Position numbers and translations under genes: made by a program. The notes under the pieces are model-generated. The model had not been told where the DNA came from. It made no database searches and saw nothing but the letters and a program-made list of their open reading frames with translations. From Mustelus asterias (Eukaryota): 64,000 nt of DNA. Where the stretch lies: positions 248,001-312,000 of the forward strand of contig NW_027590215.1 in assembly GCF_964213995.1 (NCBI RefSeq). Direction: 5' to 3'. Shown one piece after another: positions 34,750 to 48,405 of this stretch. Positions within the stretch are counted from its first letter, which is position 1, and each line of letters begins with the position of its first letter.

Positions 34750-35190
34750 ATTCCTTTATTGTCCAGGACAATATATTCACAATATCTTTAAAACAGAAAT
34801 TAAACATTCCCATTTGATTTCAGGTATTAACATATTCTGTTAGTTTGTTCTTTATTGTCGATGTCAGGCTGGGGTTATTCCCCTTGGAGCAAAGGAGATT
34901 GAAGGGAGATTTGATAGAGGTGGACAAGATTCTGACAGGTTTAGATAAGGTGGACAAAGAAAAGCTGTTCCCATTAGCTGAAGGGACAAGGACGAGGGGG
35001 GACACAGATTTCTTGTTTTGGGTCAGAGATGCAAGGGGGGCGGTGGTGGGGGGGGTGGAGATGTGAGGAAGAATATTCTGATGCAGCGAATGGTGATGAC
35101 CTGGAACTCGCTGCCTACGAGGGTGGAGGAAGTGGAGACAATAAACAATTAAAAAGGAAATTGGATGGGCATTTGGGATGTTCCAAACAG
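34750..35190 (+). repeat. Third copy of the block at 26865-27295 and 58558-59000, including a CR1 3' fragment
   Basis: Near-identical ttcctttattgtccaggacaatatattcac...gacaaagaaaagctgttcccattagctga. Confidence 0.9.
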
Positions 35191-35702
35191 AACGAAGAAC
35201 AAAGAAAATTTTGTTTTCTTTAAACAAAAAAAACAAAACAAAACAAAAAAAACCAAAGAAAATCCATCAAGATATCATTTGACTGAGTTTGGCAGAAAGG
35301 GACCTACACAGGGTTGGAATCGGTGGGAGTTGGGGGGCGGGGGGAACTCTCCACCGGTTGGGGATATACCAGGTACAGACGATGATGGCTGTGGTTGTTA
35401 GAGGTCAGTCATCACTGCAAGGGTCACTGCAGGGTTCATCTAAAACTCTGCTGGCCATGTTTAAACTCACATTAAGTGTTATTCCACTATCACCCTTGTG
35501 CACGATGATCCACCCAGTAAAGCAACAACTTAACATTAAAATTCTCATCCTTGGTTTCAAATCACTCCATGACCTTGCCTGTCCCAATATCTATAATCTC
35601 CTATCAGCCCCACAACCCTCAATATATTACACAGCTCTAATTCTGGTCTTTAGTTTGTCCCTGACCTTGCTTCACCATTGCAAGCTCTACCTTCAGTTGC
35701 TT

Positions 35703-36036
35703 CGGCACGGTAGCACAGTGGTTAGCACTGCTGCTTCACAGCTCCAGGGTCCCGGGTTTGATTCCCGGCTCGGGTCAATGTCTGTGTGGAGTTTGCACAT
35801 TCTCCTCGTGTCTGCGTGGGTTTCCTCCGGGTGCTCCGGTTTCCTCCCACAGTCCAAAGATGTGCGGGTTAGGTTGATTGGCCAGGTTAAAAATTGTCCC
35901 TTAGAGTCCTGGGATGCGTAGGTTAGAGGGATTAGCGGGTAAAATATGTGGGGGTAGGGCCTGGGTGGGATTGTGGTCGGTGCAGACTCGATGGGCCGAA
36001 TGGCCTCCTTCTGCACTGTAGGGTTTCTATGATTCT
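35703..36036 (+). mobile_element. Young HE1/V-SINE-like copy
   Basis: Nearly identical to 23293-23622. Confidence 0.92.
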
Positions 36037-36229
36037 AACCTCTGGAATACCATCCCGACACGTCTCCAACTCTCCACCTTGCTTTACTCCCTTAAAATCT
36101 ACCACTTTGATCAAACCTTTGGTCATCTAACCTAATATCTTCTTTGTGGCCCAATGTCATACTTTATTTTACAATGCTCCTTGGATGTTTTATTACTTTC
36201 AGGCGCTATATAAATATATTTTGTTGTTC

Positions 36230-37960
36230 CTCATGTCTCCTGGGCCTAATCATTTTCAGCGGCTTCATTAATTACCGTCTCCCCACCGTAGGGTGGGAAA
36301 CGGGGATGCACACTGATGATTGCAGTGTATATGACCATTCACAACTCTGAATACTGAAGCTGCCCGCATGCAGCGCAGGACCAGGACAACATTCAGGTTG
36401 GAGCTGATTGTCAATTCATATTGACACCACATAATTATCAGGAAATATCTATTTCCAGCAAGAAAATCGAACCATCTTCCCATGATATTCAATGGCATTA
36501 CCATCAGGGAATGCCCCACCAGCAATAACTTTGGGCTTACCATTGACCAGTCAATTAAATACTGAGGTTACAAGAGCAGATCAGAGGTTGGGAGTTTTGT
36601 GGCAGGTTACTCACTTAATGACTCCCCAAAGGCTTGCCATGATTCACAAGGTATAAATCAGGAGTAAGGGGGAATATTCTTTACCTGGATGAGTGTATCT
36701 GCAACAATTTTGTAGATCCTATCCAGGACAAAGTAGCTCGCCTGATCAGCATTTCAAATACCACCTTAAACATTCACTCTCCACCATTAGCCCACAATGG
36801 TGGCAGTATATCCCACTGATTAGATGCACTGCAAGAAATCACCAAGGCTGTTTTCACAGCATGTTCCAACCTCTAACTTCTACCACTTGAAAAACAAGTG
36901 CAGCCAGCGTTTGGGAATGCCACCATCTGCAAATTGTACTCCACATCACACACCATTCTGACTTGAAAATCAATCACCATTCCTTCTCTGTCACTGCATC
37001 AAATTCCTGGAACTCCCTAACAGCGTTGTGGGTATACCTACACCAGATGGATTGCCGCGATTCAAGAAAGTGGCTCACTTTCTTCACAAGGGCAATCAGT
37101 GATGCGCAATGAATGTTGGCCTTGCCGCCACATTCACATCCCCTGAAAGAATAAAACAAAATCCTCATCCCTGGTATCATTCTCAGCCATGAGGACTGTA
37201 ATTATCAATGAACAGCTCCGCTTTCGACTTTATGATGGGGGGGAAGGTCATTGGTGGAGCAAGTGAGGATGGATGGGCCTCGGACCCTACCCTGGGGCTG
37301 AGATGATTGGCCTCCAACAACCGCGATCATCCTCCTCTGTGCGGGATGTGGCTCTCGCCGGTGGAGAGTTTCCCCCTGATTCCCATTGACTTCAATGTTA
37401 ATAGGGTTGCTTGATGCCACGCACAGTCAAATGCTGCCTTGATGTCAATGGCAATCACTCCAACATCACCCAGTTCAACTCTTTTGTCCATGTTTGGACA
37501 AAGGCTGTAAATGAGGCAGGAGGTGAGTGGTCCTCGGTGGAACCCAAAATGAGCATCAGTGAGCAGGTTATTGCTGTATAAATGCTGCTTGATCGCACCG
37601 TTGGCAACAACATCTTCCATCATTTTGCTGATGATCGAGACGAGAGACATTGGAGGGCAGTTGGCCAGTTTGGATTTTTCCTTATCCATCGCCTTCAGCT
37701 GTTTATTGATATCCCTTGAAGTGAATCGAATTGGCTGAAGATGGGCATCTGTGATACTCGGGACCTCAGGATGGATAATCCATATGGAGAGATTAGAGAA
37801 GCTGGAATTGCACTCTATAGAGCAGGAAAGGTTAAGGAAAGATTTAATAGTGATATTCAAACTTTTGCGAGGTTTTGATAAAATGCATGTCTGTTTCCAT
37901 TGGTTTAGAACCAAAAGACATCGGGTGGAATTTCATGAAAAAAATTCGAAGTGCTGAATG
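36230..37960. mobile_element. Old CR1-group LINE fragments of another family, both strands
   Basis: Minus ORF 37327-37914 SLVSIISKMME..AHFGF..IAIDIKAAFDCAWH; plus-strand RT 3' remnant at 36230-37150. Confidence 0.65.
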
Positions 37961-38199
37961 AGTGAGAAAAGTTTCAAACTCGTTTCCTGGGCAAATTTAA
38001 AAAATCAATCTTGTGGCACTTAGTCAAAAACAGTCACAATATAATACTCACTGCAGGAGGAAGGGGAGGAACCTAAACTTGCTGGGGAAGCCAGCTGCTG
38101 ATCTGGAGGGGTGTCATTGTGCATGCGCTCCATCCTCCCAGTTTCCATCTTCAGTGGACAGCCCCCCTCCCCACAGAAATCGCCCCGCCAATCTCCTCA

Positions 38200-38570
38200 T
38201 CTGTAGCGTTTCCCCCAAATCACCAACCCCTCCTCCCAATCAGCATCCCTGCAGAGTTCCCCCTCTCGCCCCCTCCCCGATCGCCACCCCTGCAGAGTTT
38301 CTCCGACAACCAGCTCCCTCCCCCATCAGGACTCCTGCAGAGCTCCCCCCGTAACCCCCTCCTCAATCACCACCCCTGCAGAGTTTCCCCGATCACCAGC
38401 TCCCTGCCCCATCAGGACTCCTGCAGAGCTCCCCCCACTAACCCTCTCCTCAATCACCACCCCTGCAGAGTTTCTCCGACAACCAGCTCCCTCCCCCATC
38501 AGGACTCCTGCAGAGCTCCCCCCACTAACCCCCTCCTCAATCACCACCCCTGCAGAATTTCCCAATCACC
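38200..38570 (+). repeat. C-rich minisatellite, about 43-bp subunits in about 87-bp dimers
   Basis: cctgcagagtttc..caggact / cctgcagagctccccc..aatcaccacc alternate. Confidence 0.85.
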
Positions 38571-39094
38571 ACTCCCTCCCCCGAGTCAGCTTCACCGTCC
38601 CACGGAGTGACCCAGGGGTCCATTGGCGCCTCGAGGGAGGAGGGGGACCTGGGGACGGTGCTGGGGCCTTCCACCTGGGGGATTCTGGCCGATGGGATGC
38701 AGGGCTTTCCGACTCCCCCATTCCTGACACCGGTGCATCTCAAGAGCAGCAGGGTGAACAGCAAGGCAAGGATACATCCATATCACCAGGAAGACGGCTG
38801 GACCCCTCTAGGTCCCAGCTCTCCAGCAGACGCCTGCCAGGGACATCACAGGCAAATGGGTGCGGAGTGCAGCTGGCTGCCTCCAGTTCTGATGTGCATC
38901 CTGGGGGGACGTGCTGATGTGGCGCTGGACCACGGGAGATGGAGATGTTGTGGGGTCGCCAGGAGGGCACGGGTGAAAGTCTATATGAGAAAGGTTTAGG
39001 GAATTGGGCTCTGTTGATGATCACATCCACCTGTTTTATAGCACTGTTAACTATCGGCCCTTCGTGTTATTGCATTGTTAGTTTCACCAATAAA

Positions 39095-39272
39095 TGTCCA
39101 AAGATGTGCAGGTTAGGTTGATTGGCCATACTAAATTGATCCTAGTGTCAGGGGGATTAGCAGGGTAAATGTGAGTTTACGGGAGTAGGGCCTGGGTGGG
39201 ATTGTGGTCGGAACAGGCTCGATGGGCTGAATGGCCTCCTTCTGTACTGGAGGGATTCTATTCTATTCTCTA
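39095..39272 (+). mobile_element. SINE 3' half
   Basis: gtccaaagatgtgcaggttagg..ggattctattctattct. Confidence 0.8.
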
Positions 39273-39279
39273 TAAAATT

Positions 39280-40310
39280 ACAGCACAGAAACAAGCCCTT
39301 TGGCCCTCCAAGCCTGTAGCAACCATGCTGCCCGTCTGAACTAAAACCCCCTACCTTTCCGGGGACCATATCCCTCTATTCCTATGCTATTCATATATTT
39401 GTCAAGACACATCTTAAAGTCACTATCGTATCTGCTTCCACTACCTTCCCCGGCAACGAGTTCCAGGCACCCACCACCCTCTGTGTAAAAAACCTGCCTT
39501 GTACATCTCCTTTAAACCTTGCCACTCACACCTTAAACCTATGCCCCTGGGAATTGACTCTTCCACCCTGGGAAAAAGCTTCTGATTATCCACTCTGTCC
39601 ATGCCCCTCATAATCTTGTAGACTTCTATCAGGTTGCCCTCCTCAACCTCCGTTGTTCCAGTGAGAACAAACCAAGTTTCTCCAACTTCTCCTCATAGCT
39701 AATGCCCTCCACACCAGGCAACATCCTGATAAATATTTTCCATACCCTCTCCAAAGTCTCCACATCCTTCTGGTAGTGTGGTGACCAGAATTGAACACTA
39801 GATTCCAAGTGCGGTCTATAAAGCTGCAACATGACTTACCAATTTTTAAACTCAATGCCCCCGGCCGATGAAGGCAAGCATGCCATATGCCTTCTTGATT
39901 ATCTTCTCCACCTGCATTGCCACTTTCAGTGACCTGTGTACCTGTACACCCAGATCCCTCTGCCTATCAATACTCTTAAGGGTTCTGCCATTTACTGTAA
40001 ATTTCCCATCTGTATTAGACCTTCCAAAATGCATTACCTCACATTTGTCCAGACTAAACTTCATCTGCCATCTCTCCGCCCAAGTCTCCAACTGATCTAT
40101 ATCCTGCTGTATCCTCTGCCAGTCCCCATCGCTATCCACAATTCCACCAACCTTTGTGTCGTCCACAAACTTACCAATCAAACCAGTTACATTTTCCTCC
40201 AAATCATTTATATATATTACAAACAGCAAAAGTCCCAGCACTGATCCCTGAGGAATGTCACTTGTCACAGCCCTCCATTCAGAAATGTACCTTTGCACTG
40301 CCAACCTCTG
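39280..40310 (-). mobile_element. CR1 3' fragment, same subfamily as 18095-19035 and 45905-46865
   Basis: [28 protein letters not shown]. Confidence 0.9.
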
Positions 40311-40554
40311 TTTTCTTCTGACTAAATAGCTCGAAACTTCCTAACACCCTGTCACTCTGTGATCCTTGTGACATTTGAAACCAGGTATTCACAAAAAGAC
40401 TCAAAGAGCATCAGCCCACTGGAGGCTGAGACCAGCCAGTCCAGCACAAAGAAACCCTCTGACCTTCCCATTGACCAACTGTGAGAATGAACAAAATGCA
40501 GTCCTGGAGGCAACTGAGAGCAGAGACAATAACAGCAGAATCCAACCACTGTCA

Positions 40555-41481
40555 TCACTCGTGAACTTGCTGGTGTCTCAGCAGCTCCGATGAAACTCTG
40601 AAACGCTTTCCACACTGAGAGCAGGTGAATGGCCTCTCCCCTGTGTGAACTCGCTGGTGTGTCTGCAGGTCAGATGAGTTCGTAAATCCCTTCCCACACT
40701 GAGAGCAGATGAATGGTCTCTCCCCAGTGTGAACTCGCTGGTGTATCTGCAGGTGGGATGACCGAATGAATCCCTTCCCACACTGAGAGCAGGTGAACGG
40801 CCTCTCCCCTGTGTGACGGCGCTGGTGTCTCTGCAGGTCGGCTGACTGAGTGAATTCTTGCCCACACTGAGAGCAGATGAACGGTCTCTCCCCAGTGTGA
40901 ACTCGTTCGTGCGTCCGCAGGTTGGATGAGTTCATGAATCCCTTCCCACACTGAGAACAGGTGAATGGCCTCTCCCCAGTGTGAACTCGTTGGTGTCTCT
41001 GCAGGCTGAATGACCGAGTGAATCCCTCTCCACACTGAGAGCAGGTGAACGGCCTCTCCCCAGTGTGAACTCGCTGGTGTCTCTGCAGGTGGGATGATCG
41101 AGTGAATCCCTTCCCACACTGAGAGCAGGTGAATGGTCTCTCTCCAGTGTGAACTCGCTGGTGTGTCAGCAGGCTGGATGACTGAATGAATCCCTGCCCA
41201 CATTGAGAGCAGGTGAATGGCCTCTCCCCAGTGTGAACTCGCTGGTGTGACTGCAGGTTGGATAACCGAGTGAATCCCTCCCCACACTGCGAGCAGGTGA
41301 ATGGCCTCTCCCCTGTGTGACGTAGCTGGTGTGATTGCAGGTTGGATACCCGAGTGAATCCCTTCCCACACTGAGAGCAGATGAACGGCCTCTCCCCAGT
41401 GTGGCTGCGCCGATGATCTTCCAGCAGGGATGGGTATCTGTATCCCTTCCCACAGTCCACACATTTCCATGGTTTCTCCAT
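40555..41481 (-). CDS. C2H2 zinc-finger protein, 308 aa, 11 fingers
   Basis: accATGg MEKPWKC at 41481 within ORF 40555-41541; acceptor ttttacag at about 41833. Confidence 0.87.
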   Translation of the reverse strand: MEKPWKCVDCGKGYRYPSLLEDHRRSHTGERPFICSQCGKGFTRVSNLQSHQLRHTGERPFTCSQCGEGFTRLSNLQSHQRVHTGERPFTCSQCGQGFIQSSSLLTHQRVHTGERPFTCSQCGKGFTRSSHLQRHQRVHTGERPFTCSQCGEGFTRSFSLQRHQRVHTGERPFTCSQCGKGFMNSSNLRTHERVHTGERPFICSQCGQEFTQSADLQRHQRRHTGERPFTCSQCGKGFIRSSHLQIHQRVHTGERPFICSQCGKGFTNSSDLQTHQRVHTGERPFTCSQCGKRFRVSSELLRHQQVHE

Positions 41482-42154
41482 GGTGCAGGTGTCCTTACCT
41501 CTCTCTTGAGTGAACAATTCGTTGAAACTTCGTCCACACACACAACAAGATTACAGTCTCTACCCGCTGTGAATGGTGTGATATTTATTCAGACTGTGTA
41601 ACTGGTTAAAGCTCTTTAGTCAGTGCATTGGAACACTCTCACTCAAGTGTGTCAGAGTGTTGATGCTTTTTCACTCACACTGACATTTCAAATCTTTTCA
41701 AATCGACAGACTGGACAATCATTTCTCCTTCTGGATTCAAAGTTCGATGGTATTGAGGTCCCAAGGAATATGACTCTGTCAGATCTAGACGTGAAGTTTG
41801 AGATTTCAGCCTGTGATTCCTCTTTCAATATCCTGTAAAATGAGTTTACAAAAGTCATCAGTGTCAGTACAGGATAGAAATTCAGAACAGACAATTTCTA
41901 TGGAACATTCTTTCCTCTCTCATTCCCCAAAAGCTGGAAATCTCCATCCCACACACTCTCTCCCCATTCTCATCAGGTCTGGCAGCATCTGTATGGAGAG
42001 AAAATAACTGATGTTTCAGAGCTTTGACAAAGGGTCATCTAGACAAGAAACATCAGCTCTTTTCTCTCCTTACAGATGCTGCCAGACCTGCTGACATTTT
42101 CCAGCATTTTCTCTCTTGGTTTCAAACTCCTGCATCCGCAGTAATTTGCTTTTA

Positions 42155-43350
42155 TAAGGCTGCAGATACCTCCTCCCAAGTAACATGGCGCGTGTGCCCA
42201 AGACATCACCACTTGTTTCCCTTATTTCTTTAGCACCCATGGTGCTCTCCGCAGTAAACACAGAGGAGAAGTATTCATTAAAAATCTCACCCATCTCCTG
42301 TGGCTCCACACACAGATGGCCATACTGATTTTTAAGGGGATCTCTTCTCTCTCTAGCCACCTTTTTACTCTTAATATAGCTATAGAACCTCTTGGAATTG
42401 TCTTTAATCTTACCTGCCAGATCCATATCATACCCTCTTTTTGTCCTCCTGATTTCCCTCTTCAGTATTTTCTTACACTTTTTATAGTCAGAGTGATTCA
42501 CTTGTCCCCGATTGCCGAAACCCAATGTCTGCTTCCTTCTTTTACCTGATGTGGAGATGCCGGCGTTGGACTGGGGTAAACACAGTAAGAAGTTTAACAA
42601 CACCAGGTTAAAGTCCAACAGGTTTATTTGCTGGCAAAAGGTGTGGCTTTTGCTACCAAATAAACCTGTTGGACTTTAACCTGGTGTTGTTAAACTTCTT
42701 ACTTCTTTTACCTGACCAGAGCCTCAATGTCCCTTGTCTGCCAGAGATCCCTAAATTTACCATTCTTTCCCTTCATCTTAACAGGAATATACTGCCCCTG
42801 GACTCTTGATATCACACTTTCAAAGCCTCCCAATTGCCAGTCATTCCTTTCCCTTCAAACAAACTCACCTCATCGACATCTGCTCGATCCTGCCTAATGC
42901 CCACAAAAGTGGCCCCGCTCCAGTTTAGGGCCTTGACCTGTGGACCTGTCCTATCTGTTTCCAGAACTATTTTGAAACTATTGGTGCTCCCAATAGTGCT
43001 CCCTGACTGACACTTCAGTCACTTGCTCCACCTCATTTCTTAACTGTCTAATAGAAAGTGAGTCCAGGAATTGATGATGAAAAATAAGGAGCTGGGAGAT
43101 GAATTGAACAAGTATTTTGCCTCGGTCTTCACAATAGAGGATACAGTTAAAACTCAGAAACAGCTGGAAATCAGAAAACAGAAGTGTGGGATGAACTCTG
43201 AAAAAGCACAATTCCCAGGGTCCTCAGCAAACTGTTGGAGCTGTGGGCTGATGAGTCCTCGGGTCCTGCTGGGCTTCATTCTCGGGTCCTGCTGGGCTTC
43301 ATTCTCGGGTCCTGCTGGGCTCCATTCCCGGGTCTTAACAGAGGGAGATA
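42155..43350. mobile_element. CR1 fragments (- at about 42155-43030, + at about 43070-43350) with a 23-bp triplication at 43260-43330
   Basis: IKDNSKRFYSYIKSK..EIFNEYFSSVFT; ELNKYFASVFT. Confidence 0.8.
42550..42701. mobile_element. Penelope-like fold-back insertion without a ribozyme core, about 14-bp TSD
   Basis: CTTCTTTTACCTGA at 42536-42549 and 42702-42715; inverted arms. Confidence 0.85.
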
Positions 43351-43384
43351 GTTGGTGTTGTTCAATTTTCTAAACCGTCTGTCG

Positions 43385-43760
43385 CCATTACCCGCACTGC
43401 GCATGCTTCAGGTCCCGCCCCTCATTCACTCCGATTGGTTGGAGGACCAGCCACTCCCGCTCGGTCCTCCAGCCCCGCCCCATCTTCCTATTGGCCCGGA
43501 GCTGCCGTCAATCAGTCCCCCGGGCATTGTGATGTGGAGCATGCGCAGTGTCATTGCTGTCCTTGGCGCTTGTTTGTCCCGGAGAAGCGGAGTCAGCGTT
43601 AGGCGGTGGCTGGGAGGATTTGGAAACACTTTGTGGATCCGCAAACCCTTCAGAATCATTGTCAGCTCCCTGGTTTGCAGCTGCGGGGCTTCTCCCTCCC
43701 TCCCTCCCGGGAACAGGCCCAGGTTAACGGCCCCATCCTGGCTCAGCCACTGGAGGATGG
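43385..43760. promoter_or_regulatory. CpG promoter between the divergent ZNFs at 41481(-) and 45471(+)
   Basis: TGCGCATG twice, GC boxes, ATTGG twice, GGAGGACC-N14-GGTCCTCC at 43441-43470. Confidence 0.65.
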
Positions 43761-44172
43761 TTCACATCAGAGGATGGGGGAGGGGGACAATAAATAAGAG
43801 GTTACACTTTGGCCTCAAATCAATGAGGACTCTGATCTCTGGGAAGGAAGGAAACCCTGGGAGGTGGGCGGGGAGGATTCACAAACACCCACTGGAGGCC
43901 CCAACACCCCCAGTAAAAAGCTGCAGCTCCCGGGTTTGCAGCTTTTTCCCGGGAGGGAGTTGGGGAAGTTTTGTGGAGACAATTCCCGGCTGGTTCAGTT
44001 AGTGGTTCCTGGAGCTCAGAAACCCTGAGTTAGAATCCTGAACCCCACATTGGGTGGTTGTTTTATGAAATACTTTTTATTTATTAATCATTAAAATATT
44101 AATTTGTTTTGAAAAATCATTTTATAGCATTTGTGAAAATGCGCATTGAAATAGCAATTCTCCCAATGTATT

Positions 44173-44502
44173 TCATAGAATCCCTACAGTGCTGAAGGAG
44201 GTTATTCGGCCCATCGAGTCTGCACCGACAACAATCCCACCTAAGCCCTATTCCCATAACCCCACATATGTAACCTGCGAATCCCTCGAACCTACTCATC
44301 CCAGGACACTAAGGGGCAATTTAGCATAGCCAATGCACCTAACTGGCATATCTTTGGACGATGGGAGGAAACCGGAGCATCTGGAGAAAATCCACGCAGA
44401 CATGGGGAGAACGGGCAGACTCCACACAGACAGTGACCCAAGTTGGGAATCGAACCCAGGTCCCTGGAGCTGTGAGGCAGCAGTGCTAACCACTGTGCTG
44501 CC
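44173..44502 (-). mobile_element. HE1/V-SINE-like copy
   Basis: Reverse complement of the SINE head, body and tail. Confidence 0.88.
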
Positions 44503-45470
44503 TACATTGCTGATGAGAATTTTAATTTACTGACTTAGGAATTAATTCTCGGGAATAGTCATTCTGAAAATGACCATTAAAATGTGTTTAATTTACCCCA
44601 CTTTGCCAGATTTCAGTTTGCATTTCAAAATTGAATTGAGAATGTCTGGGAGCAAATGGTAAAATGAGGTTTGAGACACCAGCTGCAATTATTTTCTGTG
44701 ACTGATGATACCTTTGTGCCTGTGCAGGAGGTAATTCCCCTGCTGTTGTGGCACAAATAAAATGGAGCTTTTCCAAGGAACAGGCCCATGTTAATGGTCA
44801 TCGTGGTGTTTCATTGGTGAGCAGAGCACGTGTGCCCATTGTGGTAACAACAGAGTCAGTGGGGCTGCACGTCCCCTGACTTGGAAGGAAAATAATTGAC
44901 TCCTTGATTGTACTCTCAATCTGCACATGGCCTGCAGGACTGAATCCAGCTGGAGGGAGAGGGAGCTGAGCTCAGAGTGGAGTTGGGGCAATGAGTTTGA
45001 TTTCAGCTCAGGGACAAGAGAGAGTGTGTGGGATGGGGATTACAGCTCAAGATAAATGAGACAGAGAAATGTTTCGTGGAAACTGAAATTGTCTGTTCTG
45101 AAGCAGTTTTTTAAAACTCTTTGTGCAGGGAACTAGAAGAGGAAGATTCACAGACAGGAAACTCAAACTAAACTTCACATCAAAGTCTGACAGAGCCATT
45201 CGATTCAGCATGACCTAAATATGATTGCTTTTGACAGTGGAGGGATAAATCGTTCCCTGTTTTGTCAGTGGAAGAAAATTTCAAAATTCAATGTGACAGA
45301 AAAAGAACTGAGACACACACATACACCCAAGTGAGAGTGCTCCAGTGAACTGACTGTGGATAGAGCTTTAACCAGTTACATAGCCTGAAAAACATCACAC
45401 CATGGTCTGTAGGTGGATGAGGCTTCAACTAATCATCCAACCTGGAGAGAGACAGAAGGACACCAGCACC

Positions 45471-45900
45471 ATGGACAAACCGTGGAAATGTGAGGATTGT
45501 GGTAAAGGATTCAATTATCCATCCTGGTTGGAAACCCATCGACACGGTCACATTGGGGCTGGGAAAATGGAGAAACCATGGAAATGTGATGATTGTGATA
45601 AAGGATTCAATTATCTGTACTTGCTGGAAAACCATAGACACAGTCACACTGGAGAGAGGCCATCTGTTCTGTGTTTGGGAAAGGATTCACTATCTCATCC
45701 CACCTGCTGTTACACCAGCAAATTCACACTGAGGAGAGGCCGTTCAGTTGCTCCACCTGTGGAAAGGGGTTCTCATGTTCATCCAACCTCAGTGCACATC
45801 AGCGAGTTCACACTGGGGAGAGATTGTTCACCTGCTCCTTGTGTGGGAAGGATTTTGCTGGGCCATCCAGTCTTTGGACACAACAGCGAATTCACACAGG
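45471..45900 (+). pseudogene. C2H2 ZNF pseudogene, frameshifted and truncated by CR1
   Basis: MDKPWKC..MEKPWKC (duplicated first finger), frameshift near 45660, CR1 begins at about 45905. Confidence 0.8.
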
Positions 45901-45904
45901 ATAT

Positions 45905-46865
45905 ATATAATATATATAAATGATTTGGAGGAAAATGTAACTGGATTGATAGGTAAGTTTGCGGACGACACAAAGGTTGGTGGATTTGCGGATAGCGATG
46001 AGGACCATCAGAGGATACAGCAGGATATAGACCAGTTGGAGACTTGGGTGGAGAGATGGAGTTTAATCCGGACAAATGTGAGGTAATGCAGTTTGGAAGG
46101 TCTAATACAGATAGGAAATATACAGTAAATGGCAGAACCTTTAACAATATTGATAGGCAAAGGGACCTGGGTGTACAGGAGCACAGATTACTGAAAGTGG
46201 CAATGCAGGTGGAGAAGGTCGTCAAGAAGGTATACGGCATGCTTACCTTCATCGGCTGGGGCATTGAGTTTAAAAATTGGCAAGTCATGTTGCAGCTTTA
46301 TAGAACCTTAGTTAGGCCGCACGTGGAATATAGTGTTCAATTCTGGTCGCCACACTACCAGAAGGATGTGGAGGCTTTGGAGAGGGTCCAGAAAAGATTT
46401 ACCAGGATGTTGCCTGGTATGGGGGGCATTAGCTATGAGGAGAGGTTGGGAAACTTGGTTTGTTCTCACTTGAGCGATGGAGGTTGAGGGGAGACCTGAT
46501 AGAAGTCGACAAGATATGAGAGGCATGGAAAGAGTGGATAGTCAGAAACTTTTTCCCAGGGTGGAAGAGTCAATTACTAGGGGGAATAGGTTTAAGGTGC
46601 GAGGGGTAAAGTTTAAAAGAGATGTACAAGGCAGATGTTTTACACAGAGAGTAGTGGGTGCCTGGTATTCATTGCCGGGGGAGGTAGTGGAAGCAGATAC
46701 GGTCTTGACTTTTAAGCGGCGTCTTGACAAGTACATGGATGAGATGAGAATAGAGGGATATGGTCCCTGGAAGGGTAGTGGGTTTTAGTTAAGTCGGGCA
46801 GTATGGTCGGTGCAGGCTTGGAGTGCCAAAGGGCCTGTTCCTGTGCTGCAATTTTCTTTGTTCTT
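45905..46865 (+). mobile_element. CR1 3' fragment
   Basis: [38 protein letters not shown]; tail ttttctttgttct. Confidence 0.9.
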
Positions 46866-47399
46866 AGTACACAGGCCAATTTATCTTTCTAGGGGTGTGT
46901 GTCTGAGAGGTATGCAACTGGAAAACATTTTCCATTCACCTTCTGCATTGCTGCAGTATAAATAGATGTTGTTCTCACTCTGCCAGCAGGGCTGTGGGAT
47001 TAATTGGACAGATCTTAAAGACAGCCCGACTGGGCAGGATGTGCCAAGTGGTTTCCATCTGTGATGTATCATTCCATAAAACAGAATATTTAGCATCAGG
47101 AGAAAGAAAGTGAAAGAAACCAGTCTCTGTGGGATTTACCCAACCAGCATAAGCACCTTCAGGAGAGCAGAGAGAGGGGAGGAATCCAGTGGGAAAAGTT
47201 TTAAAAACTCGGGGTATTCCCACAGGAGAGCACTGGTTTAAATCAATTTTAGAAATAGAGAATGGCAGCGCACAAATTCCGAGGAATGCATTTTTTAAAA
47301 TTAATTGATCTTAATTGCACAAGATAATTTTCTATTATTGTCTTTGATTGACAATGACGCCATTAATTCCCAGGTGCCCCTGCGGGTGTGAAAGTGTCC

Positions 47400-47760
47400 T
47401 ATTCATTCCACAGGAGCCTATTGCGCAGGCGCAGTGCTATATCTGGAGCGTGCGCAGTGTCACTTTGCCCGGAGCCCTATGAATGCGGGAGCGGCTTTTT
47501 TCAGAGGGTGAGTCAGTGGGGCTGCGGGAGAAATGTAGCCGGGAGTCGGGGTAGGGAGGGAGCTATGGCTTCACAAACATCCGCTGTAGGCCGCACGGCC
47601 CGAATAAGACCCTGCAGGTCCCGGGTTTACAGCTCCCAGGCTTTTATCCCGGGAACAGGCCCCGGTTATCGGCCGCCATCTTGTTTCAGCGGGGAAGGAG
47701 AGCGCATGCGCCGCTGTCGGTGGCGGGTCACAATGGGCGTGGTTTCAGGGGCTGGTTCAG
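47400..47760 (+). promoter_or_regulatory. CpG promoter/first exon of the ZNF gene at 49218
   Basis: TGCGCAGGCGCA, donor cagagg|gtgagt at about 47508, YY1 GCCGCCATCTTG and NRF1 GCGCATGCGC downstream. Confidence 0.65.
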
Positions 47761-47782
47761 AACCTCTGTCTTCAGAGGGACA

Positions 47783-48019
47783 ATAGAATCATAGAAACCC
47801 TACAGCACAGAAAGAGGCCATTCGGCCCATCAAGTCTGCACCGACCACAATCCCACCCAGGCCCGACCCCCATATCCCTACGTATTTTACCCGCTAATCC
47901 CTCTAATTTACGCATCCCAAGATACTAAGGGGCAATTTATTTAGCATAGCCAATCGACCTAACCCGCACATCTTTGGACTGTGGGAGGAAACCGGAGCAC
48001 TCGGAGGAAACCCACGCAG
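47783..48019 (-). mobile_element. HE1/V-SINE-like copy lacking its 5' head
   Basis: Reverse complement of the SINE body and tail. Confidence 0.85.
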
Positions 48020-48405
48020 AGAGGGGCGGGTCAGGATGGTGACCTCCTCGTGAACCTGCTCCTGGGCCTGGCGAAGCGCTCCATTTATAGGTCCAGGCAG
48101 CAGACGATCGAGGGGGCCGTCCATCCTGACTGTCTGCCCCTCTACCGTGGCTACGTTCGCGGCCAGGTGTCCCTGGAGAGGGAACATGCGATGTCCATGG
48201 GCGCGGTTGACGACTTCCACCCCCGTTGGGCACTACAGGGGTTGGGGTGCGTTATCGACCCGAATAATCACATTATGATTTGATGTTTTTAAGTTTCCTT
48301 TGTACTTTGATTTTTGTTCGGGCTGCTCCCCCTCCTTTTGGGGAGCTGCTCCTTTTACTTTGTCCTGATTTAACTTGAGTTTGTTTATTTGGTTTGACCT
48401 TAAAA
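48020..48405 (+). mobile_element. Tx1/L1-clade LINE 3' end
   Basis: DLLVNLLLGLAKRSIYRSR..DCLPLYRGYVRGQVSLE..FHPRWA* resembles a Tx1 ORF2 C-terminus, followed by a T-rich 3' UTR. Confidence 0.65.

Noticed and set aside
38590-39090. GC-rich segment as a Harbinger-type DNA transposon remnant
   Set aside because: Only a compositional impression; no TIRs, TSD or DDE motif could be identified.
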